Positions 37,006-38,069 of a DNA stretch of 38,069 nt are shown in pieces (the stretch's first letter is position 1; each line of letters starts with the position of its first letter). The notes under the pieces were generated by a model. The model saw only the letters and a list, made by a program, of their open reading frames with translations. It did no database searches and was not told the DNA's origin. The stretch covers positions 1-38,069 of the IMG/VR virus record IMGVR_UViG_3300028629_000024. One strand, written 5' to 3'. The translations under genes were made by a program, and so were the position numbers. The stretch comes from a virus (lineage: Duplodnaviria > Caudoviricetes).

Positions 37006-37077
37006 TTCTCCGGTTAGGGGTCGAACCTAAATTCCAAGATCCAAAGTCTTGTATCCTACCAATTAGATGACCGGAGA
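37006..37077 (-). tRNA. tRNA-Gln(UUG), CCA not encoded
   Basis: TCTCCGG/CCGGAGA acceptor stem, CAAGA CT-TTG-GA TCTTG anticodon arm, TTAGG TTCGACC CCTAA T arm; discriminator A followed by CTT. Confidence 0.92.
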
Positions 37078-37098
37078 TTTTAGTATTATCTTGAAGTT

Positions 37099-37386
37099 TC
37101 AGACAATATCTTCTTGCATTTGTCCTATTTGCATTTCTACTGGAGCTTCACTATAAAGCTTTCTTGATGAATCTCTGGTTATTTCTATAACACAATTTTT
37201 CTTGAAGATTGAATTAATAACATGTTCTTGACATTGCCTGCAAATGTCAAGTTCTCCCACTACGCTTGAAAATTTTAGATCTAATACTATTTCTTTTCCC
37301 ATATAAGAAACACGTAACAATCTTCGGTCTCTCATTGCATTATTAGAAGTTACTATCCCACAAATATCACACGTAAATACTCTCAT
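37099..37386 (-). CDS. small Zn-finger protein
   Basis: CDIC...CRQC. Confidence 0.7.
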   Translation of the reverse strand: MRVFTCDICGIVTSNNAMRDRRLLRVSYMGKEIVLDLKFSSVVGELDICRQCQEHVINSIFKKNCVIEITRDSSRKLYSEAPVEMQIGQMQEDIV

Positions 37387-37991
37387 TTTATCCTCCGAGC
37401 TTTAAACCTCATATAGATACCTCTTCCATCAAAATCAAATGGTGTAGAAATATCTTCGACTACAAATCTTCCTTCCAGCTCAAAATAATACTTTGCTCTC
37501 AATGGAGACCACAAACTAAGATGTGGTGAACTTGATTCATTCACAACTTCTGTGGTTACTAGAATATCATGGGCTGAAAATTCATCAATAGATAATTCTC
37601 TTTCTTTTAAGATCATGTGTGCTAGAATTTCAATGTTTGGAACAATAACATCTACATATCCACCAATCTCTACTGCTGTGGATAAGAGATAAATAAAGTA
37701 TAGTAGTCTATCCAAAGGAATATGTTCCATAAATCTATAGACAACTATTCTATCAAATTTAACTCTATATTTTTCAAGAAATTCATATGCATCAAAATTA
37801 ACATATTGAACTAATGATCTTGATTCTGGACTTATCTTCCATTCTTCGTGTTCTTCCTCTAATCTAGGATGCAAATCACTTTGCAAATACATAGTATCTA
37901 GATTTATTAGATAGTATGGATTATCAGGAAGATCTAATGGTTTGATTTTACCTCCAGCAATATTGAGAATGTTATCATCTCGTAATACCAT
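37383..37991 (-). CDS. class I SAM-dependent methyltransferase-like protein
   Basis: ILNIAGG, INLD, FDRIVVYRFMEHI, GGYVDVIVPN. Confidence 0.6.
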   Translation of the reverse strand: MVLRDDNILNIAGGKIKPLDLPDNPYYLINLDTMYLQSDLHPRLEEEHEEWKISPESRSLVQYVNFDAYEFLEKYRVKFDRIVVYRFMEHIPLDRLLYFIYLLSTAVEIGGYVDVIVPNIEILAHMILKERELSIDEFSAHDILVTTEVVNESSSPHLSLWSPLRAKYYFELEGRFVVEDISTPFDFDGRGIYMRFKARRIK

Positions 37992-38069
37992 TTACTTACC
38001 CCTTCAAAAATTCGTTATAGTAGATTATATCTATAATTCCAGCTTTTTTATCTACCACGGTGTTTGTTA

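Noticed and set aside
1-38069. Stop-codon reassignment, as seen in some large phages
   Set aside because: Conserved genes are full length in the standard code, and TAA, TAG and TGA all end genes at tight junctions.
1-38069. CRISPR array, group I/II intron, retron or DGR
   Set aside because: No repeat-spacer array, no reverse transcriptase, no split conserved gene, and intergenic gaps are too short.
37996-38069. 3' end of a minus-strand ORF entering from the right edge
   Set aside because: Only about 23 codons are visible, too few to call.

Overview
AT-rich, gene-dense 38 kb segment of a large contractile-tailed (jumbo/T4-like) dsDNA phage, read in the standard code. Left arm (1-9552, minus strand) is an accessory block rich in RNA-repair genes: an RtcB ligase missed by the ORF track that carries a 303-aa HNH intein at its catalytic Cys, a radical SAM/SPASM enzyme, an RlaP-like pol-beta nucleotidyltransferase, a YkgJ protein and a CCA-adding enzyme with an HD domain. 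The centre (9711-32969) holds two convergent virion-morphogenesis blocks: tail tube, gp26/gp25/gp6-like baseplate, tape measure with an M15 peptidase domain, terminase, amidase and a heptose-7-phosphate kinase. An identical 16-bp motif (AGAACAAATTATAAAT) precedes both blocks and terL and is a candidate late promoter. Interleaved are unrelated proteins sharing an N-terminal YLE(Y)L-x-E leader (candidate capsid-targeting signal), a hydrophobic-helix/Cx8C paralog family, two HEADE paralogs and a candidate +1 frameshift (UUU_UUU_CGA) in the gp26-like gene. The right arm (33072-38069, minus strand) has small early-type genes, a membrane/Zn-knuckle paralog family, tRNA-Gln(UUG) without CCA, a rare tRNA-Ile(UAU), and an HNH gene whose stop codon lies inside that tRNA. 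All family calls come from motifs read by eye; no searches were run.
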